Assembly: GCA_037446635.1 (NCBI GenBank)
Contig: JBBIIG010000004.1
Span: 1 to 12,085 of the forward strand
Origin: a bacterium
GTDB taxonomy: Bacteria > Zhuqueibacterota > Zhuqueibacteria > Oceanimicrobiales > Oceanimicrobiaceae
DNA length: 12,085 nt
Direction: 5' to 3'
Program-made: the position numbers and the translations under genes
Part shown: positions 9,189-12,085 of the stretch, piece by piece
Layout of the letters: every line of letters begins with the position of its first letter
Position numbering within the stretch: the first letter of the stretch is position 1
Notes under the pieces: generated by a model
Database searches by the model: none
Seen by the model: the letters and a program-made list of their open reading frames with translations, nothing else
What the model was told of the DNA's origin: nothing

Positions 9189-10175
9189 CTACTTGACTTC
9201 TTTCACGGCGTTGATTAACTCCGGCACCACCTCGAACAAATCGCCAACAATTCCGTAATCCGCGATATCGAAAATCGGCGCGTGCGGATCTTTGTTGATG
9301 GCAACAATCGTCCCGGAATTCTTCATGCCAACGATATGCTGAATCGCGCCAGAAATTCCCACCGCGAGATACAACTTCGGCGCGACGGTTTGCCCCGAGC
9401 TGCCAATTTGCCGATCGAGTGGCAGCCAGCCGTCGTCGCACACCGGCCGCGACGCCGCGATTTCCGCATCCAACGCTGCCGCGAGCTGTTTGATGAGTTC
9501 GAGATTCTCCGGCTTTTTGATGCCGCGTCCCACAGAGACGATGCGCGCCGCTTTGCTGAGATCGACCTCCTGTTTCACGCCTTCGAAAATTTCCAACACT
9601 TTGCTGCGAATCTCTACCGTTTCCAATGAAATTTCGGGGTTGCGGACCTGCCCTTTCGCCGCGCTCTTTTCCAAATTATCCGCATTGAACGCGCCAACCT
9701 GGAAACTCACCAAGTACGGGCCTTCGCCATCGAACGAAAAATCCGCATCGATCTTCCCCTGAAAAACTTGTCGCACAAAGACCGGCTTGCCGCCTTCCAT
9801 ACGATAGCGGATGCAATCGCTGATCATCGGTTTGTTCAATTTGGCCGCCAACTTCGGGGCGTAATCGCGCACCATGTAGGTGTGACTAAAAAACACATAA
9901 GCCGGCTTCTCTTTTTCGACCACTTGCTGAATCGCCGCGGCATAACCGTCGGGCGTGTAGTCGGCCAACTTTTCGTGATCCGCCACCAGCACTTCTTTGA
10001 CGCCCTTCCCCGCCAAATCCTCCGCGAGATTTTGGATGCCCTTTCCCAAAACCAGCGCCGCGACTTCTTTGTTCAATTCCTTACCAATTTTTTGAGCCGC
10101 AACAATTGCTTCCAATGTTGATCGATTCAATGTTCCATTACGTTGTTCGGCGACTACGAGAATTTTGTCACTCAT
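9189..10175 (-). CDS. etfA: Electron transfer flavoprotein subunit alpha
   Basis: ILVVAEQ, IVSVGRG, ASRPVCD, RQIGSSGQTVAPKLYLAVGISGAIQHIVGM, IVAINKD and ADYGIVGDLF. GGAG Shine-Dalgarno. Confidence 0.97.
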   Translation of the reverse strand: MSDKILVVAEQRNGTLNRSTLEAIVAAQKIGKELNKEVAALVLGKGIQNLAEDLAGKGVKEVLVADHEKLADYTPDGYAAAIQQVVEKEKPAYVFFSHTYMVRDYAPKLAAKLNKPMISDCIRYRMEGGKPVFVRQVFQGKIDADFSFDGEGPYLVSFQVGAFNADNLEKSAAKGQVRNPEISLETVEIRSKVLEIFEGVKQEVDLSKAARIVSVGRGIKKPENLELIKQLAAALDAEIAASRPVCDDGWLPLDRQIGSSGQTVAPKLYLAVGISGAIQHIVGMKNSGTIVAINKDPHAPIFDIADYGIVGDLFEVVPELINAVKEVK

Positions 10176-10195
10176 TCAATGGCTCCTATTCCATT

Positions 10196-10467
10196 TTATA
10201 ATTCTATTATTTCCAACCGGGGCTTAACCAAGCTCGACGCAAGCTTTGATTTCTTGAAATGAACATGTACCACAGGCTGACCTGCTTCGCGCCGTTTCTT
10301 TGCTATTGCCAAATTCACCCGCGACAGTTCGGGATCATCTTCCGGCAAAAGAACAACGAGCGCACCGAAAGGATCTTTGCCGCAAATCGAGGATGCTCTA
10401 AAACGTAACGGCTTAACTGCAACCCCCATTCTAAATTTTTCTCCACCACCGATTTGTCTCTTATCAT
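10196..10467 (-). pseudogene. Frameshifted DUF5647-like small protein gene (about 90 aa when restored)
   Basis: The ATG at 10467 gives MIRDKSVVEKNLEWGLQLSRYVLEHPRFAAKI. Adding one C at about 10371 (ATC CT TTC to ATC CCT TTC) joins this to PFGALVVLLPEDDPELSRVNLAIAKKRREAGQPVVHVHF...KPRLEIIEL*. The joined pattern matches my recollection of DUF5647 proteins. Confidence 0.65.
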
Positions 10468-10470
10468 TGA

Positions 10471-10497
10471 TCCAACACTCCATTACTCCATCACTCC
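10471..10497. repeat. 8-bp tandem repeat, about 3.4 copies (minus strand GGAGTGAT GGAGTAAT GGAGTGTT GGA)
   Basis: Plus strand reads tcc aacactcc attactcc atcactcc. Confidence 0.8.
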
Positions 10498-10561
10498 GCC
10501 CAGAAAATGGCAATGCGTTCGCCATCTGGCAATTCATCTTACATCAAACGGATCGACGATG

Positions 10562-11350
10562 TCAGAACACCTTCGCTTCATTCTTCAACTTCTCCGCCAA
10601 TTTGCGCGCCACCTCTTTGGGATCGCCCTCCAGCATCTCCGTCTTTTTCGTTTTTTGCGGCATGTACATTTTGCTGAACTTCAACCCTGTTGCGCCGGCC
10701 GCCACGTCGCTTTCACTCAACCCCAAGTCGCTCAACCCTAGCGATTTGATCTCCTTCTTCTTCGCCATCATAATGCCTTTGATGGTGGCATAGCGAATCT
10801 GGTTGATGCCCGATTGAATCGTCAGCACCGCCGGCAGCGGCAATTCCACCCATTGGAACCAGCCGCTCTCCAACTCGCGCTTCACTTTGATGCTGCCGTT
10901 TTGTTTCTGAATTTCCATAACAATGGTCGCGTGCGGCAGTCCCAACATTTCCGCCAGAATCACGCCCGTCTGTCCGAAGCCGTAGTCATCGGACTGCAGG
11001 CCCGTCATCACGAGATCAAATTTCTCTTTCTTAATCGCCGCTGCCAGAATTTTCGCATTGATGAACGGGTCGAGTCGCGTGAAGCTTTCATTGTTGATGT
11101 GCAGCGCGCGGTCGGCGTCTTTGGCCAATCCCTGTTTGATGGCCTCTTTCACGCGCTCTGGTCCCATGCTGAGAATCACCACCTCACCGCCGTGTTTTTC
11201 TTTCAGCCGCAGCGCCTCCTCCAGCGCGTAGTTGTCGCTCTCGTTGATTTCATATTTCAGATCGGCTTCATGCACCCAGCTGCCATCGTCTTTGATTTTC
11301 AGCAACGAGTCTTTCACGGGGACTTGCTTGAGGCAAACGATTATATTCAC
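10562..11350 (-). CDS. etfB: Electron transfer flavoprotein subunit beta
   Basis: MNIIVCLKQVP, INESDNYALEEALRLKE, SMGP, TGLQSDDYGFGQTG, LPAVLTI and RYATIKGIMMAKKK. GTG start after AAGGAG. Confidence 0.97.
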   Translation of the reverse strand: MNIIVCLKQVPVKDSLLKIKDDGSWVHEADLKYEINESDNYALEEALRLKEKHGGEVVILSMGPERVKEAIKQGLAKDADRALHINNESFTRLDPFINAKILAAAIKKEKFDLVMTGLQSDDYGFGQTGVILAEMLGLPHATIVMEIQKQNGSIKVKRELESGWFQWVELPLPAVLTIQSGINQIRYATIKGIMMAKKKEIKSLGLSDLGLSESDVAAGATGLKFSKMYMPQKTKKTEMLEGDPKEVARKLAEKLKNEAKVF

Positions 11351-11402
11351 GTCGTGCTCCTTGGTTTATTTGTTTTTCGATTTTTACGCGATCATATAAA
11401 TT

Positions 11403-11544
11403 GTCATCCCGAACGGAGCGCAGCGGAGTCGAGGAATCTGGTGGAGAATGGTTTCCGTGAATGCGCTCGAGTGCCAATTGCTCACCTTGACTGGTGCCCC
11501 GCCAGATTCCTCCGCCGACAAAAAACGTCGGCGTTCGGAATGAC
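11403..11544. repeat. 142-bp REP/MITE-like element with nested inverted repeats
   Basis: GTCATCCCGAACG (11403-11415) pairs with CGTTCGGAATGAC (11532-11544) at 12/13. GAGGAATCTGG (11431-11441) pairs perfectly with CCAGATTCCTC (11502-11512). Side hairpin CGCCGAC-AAAAAAC-GTCGGCG at 11513-11533. Confidence 0.8.
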
Positions 11545-11559
11545 CTTTCCAATGAGCGT

Positions 11560-11802
11560 TCACATTGAACTTTCGCTTCTTCTTTTCCGCAACTCTTGAT
11601 GAACTTCTTCCCAATCGCGAAGCGCGAGCTTCCCACTTTTGTATTCTTCACATCTTTTGTCCAACTCAATCTTTTGCCATTCAGGAAGTGGGTCAATGTG
11701 ACGTTCAACAGGTTTTCGAATCGCTTCTTCAATCTCAGCCAAAAACGGCTCTACCTCTGGGTGGACTTCCAGAATATGATCTTTCCACTCGCTCTCACCC
11801 AA
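11560..11802 (-). CDS. Addiction-module (TIGR02574-like antitoxin) domain protein, probably chimeric or degenerate; the open frame extends to about 11853
   Basis: The C-terminal PLPEWQKIELDKRCEEYKSGKLALRDWEEVHQEL fits the W-x3-EL-x2-R...G...W-EE-V pattern. The N-terminal half looks unrelated to that family. The TTG start has no clear Shine-Dalgarno. Confidence 0.6.
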   Translation of the reverse strand: MGESEWKDHILEVHPEVEPFLAEIEEAIRKPVERHIDPLPEWQKIELDKRCEEYKSGKLALRDWEEVHQELRKRRSESSM

Positions 11803-11903
11803 TAATACGTCACAGCCATCTGCGTCTTTTGTCTGAATCAGATATTTTTTTATGAATAATTTAAAAATTCAAAACCCGAAATCAACCCAATTGTTTATAA
11901 CAC

Positions 11904-12085
11904 GTTTGTAGTCGTTCCTTCAGGAACGCGTTCGTAGTAGTTCCTTCAGGAGCGCGTTCGTAGTAGTTCCTTCAGGAACGCGTTCGTAGTCGCTCCTTCA
12001 GGAGCGCGTTCGTAGTCGCTCCTTCAGGAACGCGTTCGTAGTCGCTCCTTCAGGAACGCGTTCGTAGTCGCTCCTTCAGGAACGC
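11904..12085 (+). repeat. Tandem array of 7 x 26-bp GTAG-hairpin (REP-like) units, running to the window end
   Basis: Units start at 11904, 11930, 11956, 11982, 12008, 12034 and 12060. Consensus GTTCGTAGT(C/A)G(C/T)TCCTTCAGGA(A/G)CGC, with no spacers. Confidence 0.95.

Noticed and set aside
9145..9441. N-terminal extension of the SPOR ORF to 271 aa
   Set aside because: It overlaps etfA out of frame, and the signal peptide begins at 9144.
10183..10218. Degenerate second copy of the 8-bp repeat (TGGAAATAATAGAATTATAAAATGGAATAG on the minus strand) at the 3' edge of the insert
   Set aside because: It is too degenerate and AT-rich, and it is partly coding sequence, so it cannot be distinguished from chance.
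10196..10537. 113-aa ORF (or a 77-aa version from 10429) as an intact gene
   Set aside because: Its N-terminus runs through the hairpin and the 8-bp repeat. A frameshifted gene starting at 10467 explains the region better.
11391..11420. etfB promoter based on TATGAT at 11396-11391
   Set aside because: There is no credible -35 at the right spacing, and a -10-like hexamer alone is insufficient.
662..11599. Plus-strand ORFs (e.g. 1223-1816, 5886-6296, 10814-11599) and alternative-frame minus-strand ORFs
   Set aside because: They are shadows of well-supported housekeeping genes and show no recognisable motifs.
11268..11732. 154-aa and 76-aa minus-strand ORFs crossing the inverted-repeat element
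   Set aside because: They translate the repeat element (e.g. IPRLRCAPFGMT) and overlap the antitoxin-like ORF or etfB.
11904..12085. CRISPR array
   Set aside because: The units abut directly with a 26-bp period and no unique spacers, and there are no cas genes in the window.

Overview
A mostly housekeeping bacterial window with all credible genes on the minus strand. In transcription order they are etfB, etfA, a SPOR-domain lipoprotein, a small zinc-ribbon (zf-TFIIB-like) protein and a terminator, then yebC-ruvC-ruvA-ruvB-queA-ispD-ispF-gltX-cysS, then a strong sigma70-type promoter and tRNA-Thr(TGT), which is cut by the window edge. The unusual material is in the last 1.9 kb. (1) A frameshifted DUF5647-like gene, missed by the ORF track, splits etfB from etfA and is preceded by an 8-bp tandem repeat. 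(2) A 142-bp inverted-repeat (REP/MITE-like) element lies upstream of etfB. (3) An apparently chimeric toxin-head/antitoxin-tail ORF has a probably decayed start codon. (4) A 7 x 26-bp tandem array of GTAG-plus-hairpin (REP-like) units runs to the last base. Together these suggest that small toxin-antitoxin-like cassettes associated with short repeats have inserted and decayed around the etf operon. All family assignments come from motif recognition, not database searches.
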